Positions 47,008-60,650 of a DNA stretch of 64,000 nucleotides are shown piece after piece (within the stretch, counting starts at the first letter, position 1; the number at the start of each line of letters is the position of its first letter). The notes beneath the pieces are model-generated. The model was not told where the DNA came from, made no database searches, and saw only the letters and a list, made by a program, of their open reading frames with translations. The stretch covers positions 29,047,837-29,111,836 of the forward strand of contig CP154954.1 of assembly GCA_039621445.1 (NCBI GenBank). The letters run 5' to 3'. The translations under genes and the position numbers were made by a program. The stretch comes from Euglena gracilis. Lineage: Eukaryota.

Positions 47008-47926
47008 TTACCCTAAATCCCCGTGGTGTGTGAGCCCCTTCCCTCCGATTTTCTTTCTTTCCCCCAGTTGAGGGTGCCCGTGTGACCACAGCCCTGCGAC
47101 CTGTAGTACCCCTGCCAGGTTGGTGGGGAACCCCAAATGTGTGGTGAGGCCAATTTGAAAGATTGATTTTGCCCTGGTTTTGAAACCCCTGCAGATCATG
47201 TGAGATTTTTGGTTGTGAAGCTTCGTCCCCCGCAAAATGTCCTGATCCATTTCTTTGGCCCTCACGTTTTCCAGGCATAAAAGGCCTTTGGCCCTCCAAC
47301 GTTTTTCCAGGCACTTCATGAGGCTCATGAATTTTTCTGGCAGCACATTTAAACCAAAACAAGCTGCCTGGAATTCCCAGCATGTTTCCTCCAGAGTCAT
47401 CCTCATGTAGGGTTTTAGGGTTGCGTTCAACATTAAATGAAAGTAGGTGTCTTTTAAGTCTACTTTCGCTCCCCACTGTCCTTTCTTCAGGTGCCTGAAG
47501 ATGACCTGGATGTTGTCCAGTTTGAAAGGGTGGGGGGGAAAGTGCTGGTTTAGTTGGCGACAATCGCTTATTAAACGATGTTTTCCCCCCTGAGGCTCTT
47601 TTTTGGAGATAACAAACCAGGGGATGATGTGTTGGGTACCCTCCCAGGGGACTGGTCTTATGGCTCCTGCTTGGAAATAGTCTTGTAAATTTTTTTTGCC
47701 TTTTGAATTTCCACCTCTGATTTTGGTATAGAAAATGTGCTGAGGTAGGGGGATGCCTCCCAAGGGGGGGGGGGTTACCCCCTGTGTTATGAGTTGCAAC
47801 ACCCTGGGGGGGGGCAACTTTCTGCCACCATGGCAACTGGGACTGAAGTCTCTGAAACAGAGGCACTCCCAAAAAGTGCTCCTCTGTCAGCAGCAGCCCC
47901 TCGGTGATCTGCTCCACAGATCTCAA
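47008..47926 (-). pseudogene. DIRS reverse transcriptase (frameshifted; YxDD region missing)
   Basis: WFVISKKE..KHRLISDCRQLN..FKLDN..KVDLKDTYFHL..FQAACFGLN. Confidence 0.88.
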
Positions 47927-48436
47927 ACTGTAAAGGGGTCCTAACCCAAAATTTGGCCAAAATTTGCCTGAGTGGGGCCGAAAATCACTGAAATACCACC
48001 TTTTGGTTTTCAGTCGAATTTAACCAAGGGAAAAGATTATTATGGTTCGGCTTGAAGGCCTGAACTCAATTTTTGACCTTGCTGTGCCGATTCTTTGAAA
48101 TTTTCAAGATCGGCCGACCAATTTTCCACAGTAGGATTTGCCATTTTTCCCTAATTAACCTAAGAAAGTCCCCACTCGAACCCACCAATTTCAAACTCAA
48201 TCTCACACACAGGGTTCTTTGCCCACCCAATGCACTGGCACAAATCTACAAAAAATATCAATTGATTGTGCATGCAAGAACCAGGAATCTGAAAAAAAAA
48301 TGAAATTCAAGGTTCACTGGAAAAAGTCCAAGGACAAAAAAAAAGTTTGAAAAGTTTGGCTTCTAAGCCCGGCGGCTGCCTCAACAAAAAGCCGAGGCCG
48401 AAGGATCCGCAAAAACATCGAACCAAGAAAGGGTTT

Positions 48437-49510
48437 TCAAAACATGGAGCTTCCCACAGCCTGCAAATGTCTTGGCTTCTGCCCCTCAGGGCTGGTTGAG
48501 TTTCTGGCACAATGCCCAACTCTGGAGGACACAATGTCCTTTTGGAACTTGAGGAGTTCTGATCTGAAAAGGAAGGAGCAATACTTCCTGGCAAGGTGGT
48601 GGGCGAACCATTTTCCTCCCTTGTACTTGCCTTTCCCTTTGGGGTTAGACCTCCATGGTCTTGCTTGCCAAGCTGTTGGCCATTGCTTGAATTTCCACCC
48701 TTTTCCACCTGTGGGGGTGGGAAAATGCCACTTGGGGAACTCACCTATGAATGGGGGGCTGATACCCTCTTTATTGATGCCAGATTGAGCTTTGGCCATT
48801 TTGATGTCGTCGGGGTGAACAGGCCATTTCCTGGTTGTATTGTTTGAGGGATGCTCCTCCTCTTCCTCTCCTTGACAATGTCCCCTCACAGGCAGCCACA
48901 TATGCAAATAGCTGTGGCTCAAACCCAATACGTCCTCAGGGGCTCCTTGCAAGGTGCGGTGCAGCGCTGCCAAGATACGTAAGATGTTCAACAGCTTCTG
49001 CTGTACTGCACGCAGAGTGCGGTCATACCCAGTCTTACCATCTTGACGGTGGTTATTTTCTTCCGCCTTGTACTTCAGGGTCCTCCAGGTTGGTATCTGT
49101 TCCAGCAAACTTCGAACTTCCATGCGTAAGTCCCCAGACTGTACCTGTGTCCATATCCTCTCCAGGTCCCCCGGCAGTGCCTCCTCGGCCGTTTGCCAGG
49201 GGAAGTCATGGGCTTCCTCTGCCGCGCGCGCTGCCTCCTCGTCGCGATCCATCTCCGTCGTCGTCGTCGTCGCCGTTGTCCACTTCTCGTACAGCTTGAA
49301 GGCCACGTCCGACGCCTTGTCGCTCAGCTCCAGTGACGGTATCGAGACGTTCTTCGTGAGGGCCAAGCTGTAAAGGTATGCAGCCAAGTACGGTTGAAGT
49401 GTAGACTCCACCATAGCCACTCCAGTGAGCTTCCGTACCGCAAGGGCACAGCGGGTTGTATCCCAACCGGCCCCAATCCACTTCTGACTGGACACCATCG
49501 TGGCCATCAC
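48437..49510 (-). CDS. DIRS gag-like ORF1 (357 aa)
   Basis: Long ORF immediately inside the left ITR and upstream of RT; helical middle and a basic GKG-rich C-terminus like that of the plus-strand element. Confidence 0.7.
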   Translation of the reverse strand: MMATMVSSQKWIGAGWDTTRCALAVRKLTGVAMVESTLQPYLAAYLYSLALTKNVSIPSLELSDKASDVAFKLYEKWTTATTTTTEMDRDEEAARAAEEAHDFPWQTAEEALPGDLERIWTQVQSGDLRMEVRSLLEQIPTWRTLKYKAEENNHRQDGKTGYDRTLRAVQQKLLNILRILAALHRTLQGAPEDVLGLSHSYLHMWLPVRGHCQGEEEEEHPSNNTTRKWPVHPDDIKMAKAQSGINKEGISPPFIGEFPKWHFPTPTGGKGWKFKQWPTAWQARPWRSNPKGKGKYKGGKWFAHHLARKYCSFLFRSELLKFQKDIVSSRVGHCARNSTSPEGQKPRHLQAVGSSMF

Positions 49511-52500
49511 GGTGGTAGCGTCCGCATGTCGTAAGAAGGCTGTTGTTATATAATATATATATAGATTATTGTAAGAGAAGGTTGCTCCACGCCGCTTCGA
49601 AGACCTCTTTGTCGGTCTCGTCTTGCAGGTGTGTAAATTGCATGATCAGCTTGAACAATTGGTTGCAGCTCCGTGCAAAAAGGACGATTATGATCCGCCT
49701 ACTCCGGAAAAGAAAAGCAGTAAGAAACACCACAACCAACACCAGACACAAAAAAAACCGGCCGGAAAGAAGAGCAGGCCTCACTGGGGTCTTTTGCGGA
49801 GCCGGAGCTGTCCCACCCCCCCACCACATGAACCAGCGCGAAGGACAGTGCGGGCGCAGCCCAGCCACAGGCAAGCAGCGGCTTGTGCTGTGCACTCCGC
49901 GCCCCCTCCACCTTCCTGTGTCGGTTTGGGTGAGGCACCCCGTCATGGGTGGGGCTGGCACCATCTTGGGCGTCAGCCTGGCCCCAAGGGGCAATCGCAG
50001 CGTCCTGCCCCAGGGTTTTTCTTCGAGGGGGTTCGATTCTTTTTTTTTGTGGGGTCGTCAACCTGTTGCGTGGTGCGTCGGTTGAACCGGTTTCATCTCC
50101 AGATTGCGTTTCTTGTTTGTTGAAGTCTGGGTTCAAAATTGAAATTTCTCGGAAGTTTGCTGATGAGTTTCTCGTTTAGTGAGCGTGAAAAAGAAGTGAG
50201 AATGGACCGCTTAAAAAAAAACAATCGCCAGTAGGTCCGATCTTGGGACAGTCCTGTGCAAGGAAGGCCCGATTTCTCACAAACGTGCCTCTGCTTTAGG
50301 GACTCCAGGGGCCGAGGGCACATTTCTGGTTGGCAAAGACACAAAACAATTCCAGCAAACCAAAAAAAATCAACTAAGAAAGACAGAAATAGGAGTTATG
50401 GCACAGCCCTCATCGATGGATATGTCGTCATGCATAACTGGATAAAAGTTTGGAAAAAATTTGTTTGGGTGGTCAGAGAAAGGTGATAGGGAGAGGACAG
50501 CATAGCATACAGGATGCGCGAAAGATGCGATGCGGACAGGAAAGAGCGCTACTCTTCCAGAATGTCCCGAAAAAGGCGCAGGAGCGCGCAAACGGCGGGT
50601 GTGGGTCGAAAAAATGGAAATTAATCCCTTTGCCATCCACCCGCAAATACCCGTTCACTTGGAGAAAATGGGACCAAGGCGCAGAATTTCCTTGGTTGGG
50701 GTACCCAACGGGGTCCCACCCACGCGAACGCAACGCTCAACAATCCGGCACAGGCAATCACCCACACCGCTGGGCAAACCAGCACATCGCTTGTTGGTCC
50801 CCCAAAGACGTACCAATTTCAACACATGGGCATTTTCACAGATTTTTCGGTGCCCACTTTTTGTTTGGATTTTCCCCAAACATCCCGGTCCCTGCAGGTT
50901 GCGCATCCTAATCAACCGTCCACGTTGAGGCACAGGACCCCTGCCGACTGGAAGAACGCTCGCTGGGCATCGAACTGCTGGCAGCGGCCGGCTGAAGCCA
51001 TCGGTCCACAGGTTACTTTGTCTGGGCACAACCCCGCCCCACCTCCTCCTGATTGACAACTGCCCACGACCCCCTCCCAGCCAGGTTATTGCTTAAGGAC
51101 CCCGAGGGGGTCCACTGGCTAGCCATTTTACAACACACTAAAAAAAAAATGGACCAGACCCCCCCTCCTGGCTCGAGGGAAGAGGACACCTCCGGGGTCC
51201 CCTCCTGACTGGAAAAAAAATTGCCACCCAAAAGAGTGCGACCTGCATCATTTGTTGATGTTGTGACCCAGGGAACAGGCCCAATTTTGATGATTTTTCA
51301 GGCTGTGCACTAGGCTTGAAAAAAAGTTCAAACCTCTGGGTTTCAACTCTGGGAGACGCGAATTTCCCCCCAAAAAGGGCCAAAACCCCCGTTGTGAATG
51401 GAACAGGCTTCTTTTTACCAACCCGGGGGGAGGGGGGTGCCTTGCGCTCTGGGGTGCCTGCCCATAGTAGGCACCCCATGGGGGGGGGTCGGTTTCGGCC
51501 CCCGGTGCCTGTTGACCCAGCCAATTTTCCTTTGAAAATGGCCCATTTCCGGGCCCCGGTGCCTTCGGATTGCACCACCCACCCAAAATCCTACCCCCCC
51601 CCCCCCCGCTGGGACCTCGGGGGGTCGAAAATACCCCCCCCCCCCCCGCCTGCCCATAGCCCCCCCAGAGGGGGGGGGGGGAGGGTGCGCATTTCCTAAA
51701 AAAGAAGCCTGGATTTTTGAAACCCAACAAACCTCCACCCTTCTCATCGAATACATCAAAAAACTCCCCGAATAGTTCGTAATTGTTCAGGGGGCAAATG
51801 TGGTTCCGCCCCCCGACGAAAGAACATCGGAAATGCCAGTGTGTTCCCTCCACAGGCGGCCACATGGCCGGGTCTGGGAGCTGCTGGCACAGACGGGGTT
51901 GCCCACCACGGCGCAGAGGTCATACCGGGCAGGCCGGGGAATGGGCCAGTGCTCCACCGCCCAGCCGCTGCGCAGAACTGTGGGTTCGCCGTCCAATGCA
52001 ACACGGAATGCACACGGGCACTGCATGGACGAAAGGACACACGTTTGGGCAGAGGTGCCTTTGGAGACGGCCAAGGTGCATCACGTTGATCCCTTTGACC
52101 ATAATTCGGGCTTGGGCGAACGACACGTGTATTACAAAGGGATCGGACGTTTCCGAATGATCATCACGCCGCTCTTCCTGGAATCGAAGCATCATTGCCA
52201 TTCCATTTGGGCAGTCGGCACAACTCTGCAAAAATGGAAACAGGCAGACCGGGACGCCAAATTGGGTTCTTGTGGCCTAAATTCCAAAGTGGTGCCTCTT
52301 CCACCTTGTCCAAGACACGCCAATTTTCAGGGATGGGAGCCTTAGAGCACACAAACGAAGTTGTGTTTACTTGCGCAAATGCGCGCATCAACACACATCA
52401 GTTGTGCGATACCATCTCCTCCTCCGTGACAGCTGGTGAACGCAACTCCTCACGCCAACCATTGGTTTGCATCACGATTACATGGTGATGAAATTTGTGG

Positions 52501-53399
52501 GGTCGTTGATATGGGGGGGTGCCAACACCACCACAATTCAATCAAAAAACCTCAGGTGGATTTCCAGAAAATTGTTGACACAGGGGGTGTCTCAACGACA
52601 CGGTGTGTCTTGGACAATACCGAAAGGTGACTTGGGGGTCTCTCACACTTTTTTCTCAAAGAACAATTGAAAGCCGAGAAGGAAACTCCTTGAGCACTGC
52701 CCCAGCCCAAAATCTTCCAGCGAAAGCCCAAGGTCACTGAGGACGCTGTCAGGGTGGGACAAACCACCTTGAGCCAGAACCACCAACCACCTTTTGGCAG
52801 AAATTCTGATGAAATCATTCTTCAATACAAAAATCGGTGAATTGATGTTCTCAAGAGATAAATCACACAAAATGATATCACCCGTTCAAAGAATACCGAA
52901 CAATGATGCTGAAAAGCACAAATCAACAGAAAAATAGCAGAAAAATCCTTCATGTGGTTTCTAATCAGAACATCCAAAAAATCAGACTTTTGGCACTTTG
53001 TCTTGGTGGCGGTTGTAGTTTCTTTTGTTGACATCTGGAAAGACATCGATGAGAGCTTAAAAAGCAGAATCCGCAACATCACAAACCCACGTCCTCCCCA
53101 AATAGTTGTGGTGGCAAGTTGGGCACAATGCGAGGGGGTGGCAACCAGAGGGGTGGGGGTGAGCCCCACTCATTTCTGAGGGGTCCAGACTCAACCAGAG
53201 GCAAAATCATCAATATGTATCCACATGCAAAGAACCGTCTCTGTGTTGGGGTTCAACAACACAGAGTCAATTCTTTGCCTCTGGATACACATTGTTGAAT
53301 TTATGCTGACACCCCCCGATGGAAACGCAGAGCCGCTACAGGCTTAGTGCCAATACAAAGCCGCACGCTTCCGATACCCAAAGCACGCCCGCACTTCAA

Positions 53400-56300
53400 T
53401 TAAATTAGGGGGTGGGGCCTGCACAACCTCCTCAAAGGCGCTGGCTTCCAATGCCCCAAAAAATTTGACGGGACACCACAGCACGGGTCTGGGGTGGTGG
53501 CTGGCATGGACGGGGTTGGCGCAGTCCCGCCCTGGGGGCGGGAGAGGTCTGGCGTGGGGCCGGCGCTGCTGGGGCACAGCAGGGCCGGGTCCGCCCCCGT
53601 CAACTCTGCCACGGCGCGCGCGTAGCGGAAGAGGCAATTCTCAGCGAGGTAGCGGTGCCGCCACCGCCCCACCGCCCACAGCTGCTGCAGCGCCGGGCGA
53701 CTCGACACTGGCCGAAGGGGCCCCAGATCACACCCGCTCTGCCCCCAGCCACCCACCAAAACCCACTTCCCCCCTCATCTGACAGGTTGCAAGTACTGGG
53801 GATCCCTGGCAAGCTCTCAAATGTGACACACACACACACAATTGGGATTGGTGTTGGGCCACGCCTCAGGCGAAGGAGTCGCGGAGGCTTCACGACGTGC
53901 CATCCGGGGGCACAGGGCACTTGAAAACGGAGAACAACCGCAAATACGGCGCGAAGACTGCCGCATTCACACTTTGAAACGGGCCAAGCAAGCAGCCGAA
54001 GTGGCCGGTACCAACCCTGGGAGCCTTCGGCGGCCCTTAAGGAAATCAAAAAAAAACGGGTCAACTTCGGGATAAAAAAAGTGATTTCTGGCATCTTTGG
54101 ACTGTCACCCATTTGCCCAAAACGTCAACAAAAAATTTTTTTTGGCCTCCCATCCCGGCGGACCACCCTGCCTGGGAGAGGCTGGAACTGTGGGGCTGGG
54201 GGAGAATCGGTGTTCCTGGATCCCTGCTGCAGATTGAGTCCCGAAGGACCTTGCAAGTGAACCAGGGGGTCTGACGGATCAAGAAGGCAATCCCCAACAA
54301 AGAAAGTTATGGCAGGAAAACCTGATTGCAACACACCTTAGCGCTTGGGTGTCCATCTGTCTGTATGTGAAGTATTCTCCCTGCTTTGGAGCTGGGCGGG
54401 ACTCACGGGTGGATGGGAAGACCCTTGCGAAGCGCCGGCGGCTGGCTGCACATCCATTCCAATCCATTCACTGGCTGGGACAACGCAAACAGGCAGGTCC
54501 ACACGCTTGAGTCTTCGCGAGCCACGCACATGCAGTCCGGCGTGTGCACACATGCACATGGGAGTGTGCCGTCAGCCACTGCCGGGCCGGGGAGATGGGT
54601 GGGGGGCCCGCGTCCGTCAGCCAGTCATCGGCGCAAACGAAGACGGAGGGCGCGTCGCCCGATGGCCGGATGGAGTTGACGACGGCTCGACAGCCCCTGG
54701 CTGTCGTGCAGGACGACTCCCCCTCACGTCGACGTTCCCAAAAACGTGAATTCCGGCGCCGAGCCCGACCGTGTCAACTTCGGTGGGGAGGAGAGGGGAC
54801 AGAGGTTGGCAGCCCCCGCGATGTGGAATGGGATGGAGGTCGGGATGCAGACAGGGGCCGCGCGGCGTGGGGGTCGAAAAGCCCGCCGGCGAGCACCACC
54901 ACCCGCTGCAGCGGGGAGGACGTTGCCGTGGGGGCTCCGGCTGGGTTGGAGTGTGGGGGTGGCACTGCGATTCCGGAATGGCCCCGACCACAACCTTGGG
55001 AACTGGACACTGCTCCTCAACTTGCCCAAGGCGAAGGCCAGAGGATGCAGGACGGACTAAGCCAGTTGGTGAATGGCTTGCACAGATATCAAATCGTCAG
55101 CCCTCTGAAACACACAAAAAAACTGGTTTCAAATGTCCTGCTGGCACCAACAAGGAAAAGCGAAGGCGAACGCAGACTGCACCGGAGATCCCGACCCCCA
55201 GGAACAGGGGGTTGGTCTTCGGCCCCTTCGCGGGCCCCCGGCGCTGCCCGCGGGATGGCGAGGCGCTCCGCCTCCGGGATGCGGGCCAGGATGTGGCGGG
55301 CCTTCGTGGGGCTGGTGGACACCGCCTGGCCGATGCCGTGGTGGCCGAGCAGCGCCGCCCCGACGTCCCGCAGCTTCGTCAACACGGGGCCTGCCGTGGC
55401 CTGCACGTGCAGCACGGGGGCAGGCCAGCTCCGGGCCGGGTGGCAGGGCTGGGCCTTGCGGGGTCCTTGCCCGGGGGGGGGGGTGGAATTACACCAGAGT
55501 TGCTCACCCGGCCAGGCGGAGCAACAAAAAGAGTACTGGTGTAAGGGGTACCTGGCCACTCACCACACAGCAAACTGGGCAGAAGCGAAGATAGCGCCGG
55601 CCATAAACAGACAAAAAGTTTTAGTGCAACTGAGGAGGGAGGTTGGTGCGGCAGGGGCTCTCTCGCCACCTCGGCACGGGGTGTGGCGGGGCTCCCTCCT
55701 CCTCCTGGGTCCTCCTCCTCCCTCCTCCTCCTCCTCGGTCTCCGCGCTGCTGCTTCCCGCTGTGGGGATGCCTGGCATGGAAACGCCTGTCACGGATCCC
55801 CCCCCCGGCTGCATCGGCAATGGGTCCTGAGGCACCACCACCTGGTGCGCAGGGTCCTGATGCGGGGGCCGTACGGCATATTGTTGGCCTGGGCGTAGGG
55901 GAAATGGGCCCACGCCGTGCGGATGGCAACGTTCTGGGCGATGGCCTCCTCTGGAGGGGGTTGGCGCAGAGACCAGCAGGCTCCGGTCCGGTCGCCCCCC
56001 CCCCAACTGCACTGCACCCGCCCAGAGGTTTTTTTTTTAAAGACCCACACCCTGCCTCCGGTGGCATACCCACTCGGCCTGACTTCCGCTGTGGGTGGGC
56101 TCAGCCGGGCACCCACCCACCCCCGGGTCACAAAACATAAAAAAAAAACGCCCACCCTGCTGTGCTGTCCGGAAGGGGGGGGGGCTCGACGGCCCCAACC
56201 CCGGCGGCAGTCTCCCGGCGGGCGGCGTTGGTGCCCTTCACGCGGTCGTAGAGCTCCTTCGACTGCAGCGCCACCGTGTCGAGGTGGATGACGCACGAGT

Positions 56301-59110
56301 ACCGGTTGCTGCCGGAGGCCGGCGGACGTTCTGCGGAGGACCACAGCGGAGTCACGTTCGGACAAATTTGTTTTTACCGACCCCCTTTTTACCGACCGAG
56401 GGGGGTCTCAAGCCAGTCAGTCACCCTCCTGGGTTAGCCATTGACTAGGTGATTGTTTGGTCATGTTCAATTGGGAGGCGCACGTCCACCACAACCAATC
56501 CAAAAGGATACAATCGCTTGCATCACCCGTGGGGCGTGCGAAAATTCCACTGAACGGTGTGCTCTCTCTCCCATCGACCCCCTCCTGGCAACAATGGTCC
56601 CGACCACTTCCCACCGGGGGGGGGGGGGGGCGGGGGGGGGGCACCCCCGGCCCCCGCCCTTTGCCAACGTCGTCCCACGTCATGTCGGCGGAGCGCAGCA
56701 GCGCCTCGTACTCCGCCTCGGAGATGAACGCGCGGGGGTCCAGCAGGCCGCGGTCGAACAGCACCACGACGGGCCGCCCGGTGGCGCGGGCGAACTGCTC
56801 CGCGTAGCGGATGAGGCTGTCCTCCGAGTGGGGGCACGGCGGCGGCGGGGGAGATGGACGGGTCCAGGAATTGGTCGGGGGAAACACATACATGGAACAA
56901 GCGCAAAAATGCACTGTCTTCACATCTTTTTGCTACAAATCGGGATAATGTATGATGTACATGATATGATGATATCGGGGACTTGCTGACATACGGAAAT
57001 ATGGACAGGGGTCCAGGCATACCATATCATCACGCATCAACGAAGCCAGCCGCCACACCACCCTGGTTGCCGCAAAAAATGGAACATCTCTCGCTGCCAC
57101 ACCACTCTGCAGGAGGGCAGTCCTCCGCAACAGGAGCCTGACAAGAATCGGGCGGATGCAATGTGCCAGTGGCACCCTGTTGCCATGCTGAGGCAGAGGC
57201 GAAAGGAATCCACCTGGACTTATGCATTGGCGCCGAATGCCCATCCCCGCCCCAATCCCTGGGGTGGTGAGGCGACCGCTGGGGTAGACGTCCGGCAGAA
57301 CCAGAACAAGCAAAGAAAAAAAACGGTACAGGTGGGGAGGAATTGAGAAACACTCTGCTCTTGGTAGGGCGAGTCTATGCGAAGGGCTCCCCTCGACGCA
57401 GGGCCTCGTTGTTGGCGGGGAACTCAGTCCCCTGGCGAGACCACGAGGTGGCCTTCTCGGTGCAATGGGCGGCCTCGCTGCCTGTGCGCCACGAGCCCAC
57501 TGGTTGATTGTGGGATCGAAAATGGACGTGTGCCGAATTGCCCGAAAACTAATGCCCAATGCAACTCAGCCTTGGTAAAGGGAGCGACACAAAGAGGCTG
57601 TTAAGGGCAGCGGGAACCAAACAACCATGCATAAAGAAAACCTCCCGCACGCTGAAGGAATTGAACCGAAAATATCAGCACCCCGAGAAACACCGGAAAG
57701 GTGGTGTGCGGGAGGGTGATCGGACCCCCCATACCCACCAGGGTAGGATTTCGGCCCCCCGCAATCCATATGGCCCACACAGCCTGGCCAGGGGGAGGAT
57801 GGAAAAAGTGTTCCTCGGAGCCGGGGTGACTTCTCAGTTTCGTTTCCAGGCTTCCAGTGCCATGCGAAGCTTCTCCTTCCAGAGGAGCTGACTGCGCGGG
57901 CGGCCCCACCCCGGAGGCAGCGGGGCGGCGGAACACGGCGTAGCCGTTCTCCTCCAACAGGGTCCGCAGGTACTGCAGGCTGGAGCTCTTGCCCGCTGCG
58001 GGCCCCCCGGTCGGGGGCGGCGGACCACATCGCCGGAACACACTGCCGGGGGGGGGGGGGCACTCGCACGGTTGAGGAACCCTCTGGCCCGGGTTGACGC
58101 CGGGGCAGAGAGGCGTCATTGTTTCGCATGGATGGGTCCGCGTCAGGCACGCCTGGTCCGCATCTGTCGCGGACCCCGTTTGAAACGTCCGCCAACAGAC
58201 ACGAAAGCAGGGAGGCAGCCACTGTCCCCAGACACAGCACCTGGGCACTGGCATGGAAGGGGTGTCTTCAGCGGCTGGGGTTGCTTGCGCGCACGTGCAC
58301 ACAATTAGGGGTCTTTGAGGAAAAGGTGTCCGTGTTATGCAGGGGGGTGTTCAAATTTCATTGTGCCTCCACCCTCGATTTTGAAAACGCCCAGCTTTAT
58401 GAAAATGGCACTGCAGTCAGTCGGTCTGATTTTGTGAGAAAATGAGAAATGAGTATTCGCACACAAACACACCACACACACCATACACATGTCGAACTGC
58501 ATGTACAAGTGGTTGTGTTGGGTATTATAACAAAAGATTGAAAGAGAATAAGCATCCCGAGATAAGATTGTGGCCCGCCGCTCAAAACCACCAAATGTAG
58601 CCGACCAGTGCAGCTGCTGTTTGATTCTGGCCGCTCCAGCACGGTCACCAGGCTTGCATGCTGACAAGGCCACTGGGCGGCTTGGGGCAAGGGGGCTCTC
58701 GTTTCGTTCGTCCCGTGTCCCAACCATGGAGGTATGGAGGTGAGGTCATGCCAATCTCCCCAAGAACCAACACCTCTAAGCAACAAAATTCTCTTTGAGG
58801 ATCTGGCTTGGCTGGGAGGGGGCCACCCGACCCGACCTCAGGGGGATCAGGGGGACCAAATTATTTAAAGGGGCCTTTTTGGTTCCTACTGTTTTCAAAA
58901 TTGATGAACAGAAAGACTGGAAATGAAATGACACGCCAAATAAGAATACCAATAACATCAGATAAACTCAATCGACAATATCGTGGAATTCCCACGTATG
59001 AAGCGGCAGTGATGCCGACACTTTTTGTTGACTTCGAAGCGGCGGATTCCTCGGCTGCCCTCTTCGCTTCGACCTCCCCTGCCGGAAGGGAGGCTGCTTC
59101 ACCCAGCCCC
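53400..59110 (-). CDS. Intron-split P-loop NTPase, AAA_28/TTD14-like (gene limits approximate)
   Basis: GC-rich exons: ~57931-58012 TGGPAAGKSSSLQYL..GYAVF; ~56660-56825 EDSL..VVVLFDRGLLDPRAF; ~56209-56307 RYSCVIHLDTVA..NAARRET; ~55845-55957 PEEAIAQN..AWAHFP. Further candidate exons at ~55220-55420, ~53400-53710 and ~59000-59110. Confidence 0.65.
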
Positions 59111-59916
59111 CCCCCCCCCAAGGCGCCTTGCGGGCGGGAGAGCCCCGCGGTGCCGCGGGCCGCCCGGCCAGCGGCCGGCGCGGGGGCCAGGCATCGCCAG
59201 GGGCAGCGCAGGCCCATCAGGGCGCATGGGCCCCACCGCGTAGGGGGGCGGCAGGCACCGCGTCACGGGGCCATGGGGCTGGGGCTGGGCGCGAAAGCAA
59301 CGTGTCCCCGTCTGCCGTCGGCCAACAGCAATGGAAGGGGGGCAAAAAAAACCAAACAAAAGTGTGCGAGAAGAAATTTTTTCAACGAGCAACTGTGTGG
59401 GGCGACAGGCATTCACTGCATTTGACGCACTGTACTTTTGCTTGTCGGGTGGCGGCAAATTATTCAAAAATAATAACAAGATTAAATTATTCTGGAACTG
59501 AGCCTTTCCCCTGTGACGTTTTTGCAAGCATGCAACGTTGGAAAGCACCTCTGAAAAAAAAATAACGAAAATCCCGTGTCTGAGGACCGGAAAAGATGGA
59601 TAAGGACCAAGGGGGGGTTGCTTTGACAAAGGAAAAAACCTTACTCCAAAAAAATCCAGCGCTTCGCGGCGAAAAATATCTGGTTTCTGGGGCTCACTGT
59701 TGAACTTACTGGCACGTGGATGGAAAAAAAATCAACAATATCTCACCAAATCAGACACCAGAAATTTCTGAAATATATAAATTTTCGAGGAATTTATCTT
59801 AAAAATGCAAACAAAATAATAAGCCTCCTGAGAAGATGACCTTCAAATCAGGGTAAAGACCGGGGTGGTGGTGTTTTGACAAGGGTGGTGCTTATTTCCT
59901 TGCTTTAGACAAGAGG

Positions 59917-60650
59917 CAGGGGGGGGGGAAATGCGCCGGACGGCCCTCGGAAAAAATGCGCAAAAATGCGCAAAAAAATGCGCAAAAAATGCGCTGAGTT
60001 TGTGACATTCCTAAGGGAAAAAGGACTTAGAAAAATTTCCAACAATAAACCCAAAATTAAACCAAAATCACCAAAAAGAGCTGAAATGAAGGCATTTTGG
60101 CCAAAAAATGCATGACCAAGGTGTCACTCTCCGTTCACCATAACCAACAATGTCAGCCATGGTGCCCCTTACTTGTGACCAGGGGAGTGGGAGTCCCGCC
60201 TTGGTTACGTGTCAATGTGGGGTCTCTGAAACCCCTAGTGTCCTCATCGTCATTGGATGAGTACCCACACCTCATCACCCAAGGGTTTTCTCTTGAGGCC
60301 GGTCCCTTGGGTGGAAAAAAAGTGCGAAAATGGGTTCGTTGGTTACAGAAATGGGCCAGTTGATCGTGGGCAAAATTCGGTGAGCATGTGATTTGGGTGG
60401 AAAATGTGCAAAAATGGCAAAATGTGCAAAATTGGGCAAAAAAATGCGCAAAAATGCGGAAAATGGCAAAATGTGCAAAATTGGGCAAAAAAATGCGCAA
60501 AAAATGCCCAAAAAATGGAAAATGTGCAAAAAATGGGGGGGGGATGTACAAAAAATGCGCAAAAATGCGCAAAATTTTGAAAAATTGACAAAAATGCGCA
60601 AAAATGCGCAAAAATGCGGAAAAATGCGCAGCGCATTCCCCCCCCCCCTG
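59917..60650. mobile_element. MITE-like element with CAGGG...CCCTG termini, AAAATGCGCA subterminal repeats and a CAAGAGG direct repeat on both sides
   Basis: CAGGGGGGGGGGAAATGCGC (59917) pairs with GCGCATTCCCCCCCCCCCTG (60650). CAAGAGG at 59910-59916 and 60651-60657. Confidence 0.8.

Larger units (their letters stand above)
44811..49812 (-). mobile_element. Near-full-length (~5 kb) DIRS1-group tyrosine recombinase retrotransposon
   Basis: Left ITR 49694-49812, gag, RT, RNase H, MT-like domain and YR, then ICR 45095-45195 and right ITR 44811-44963. The ICR is complementary to the outer extensions of both ITRs. Confidence 0.9.
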
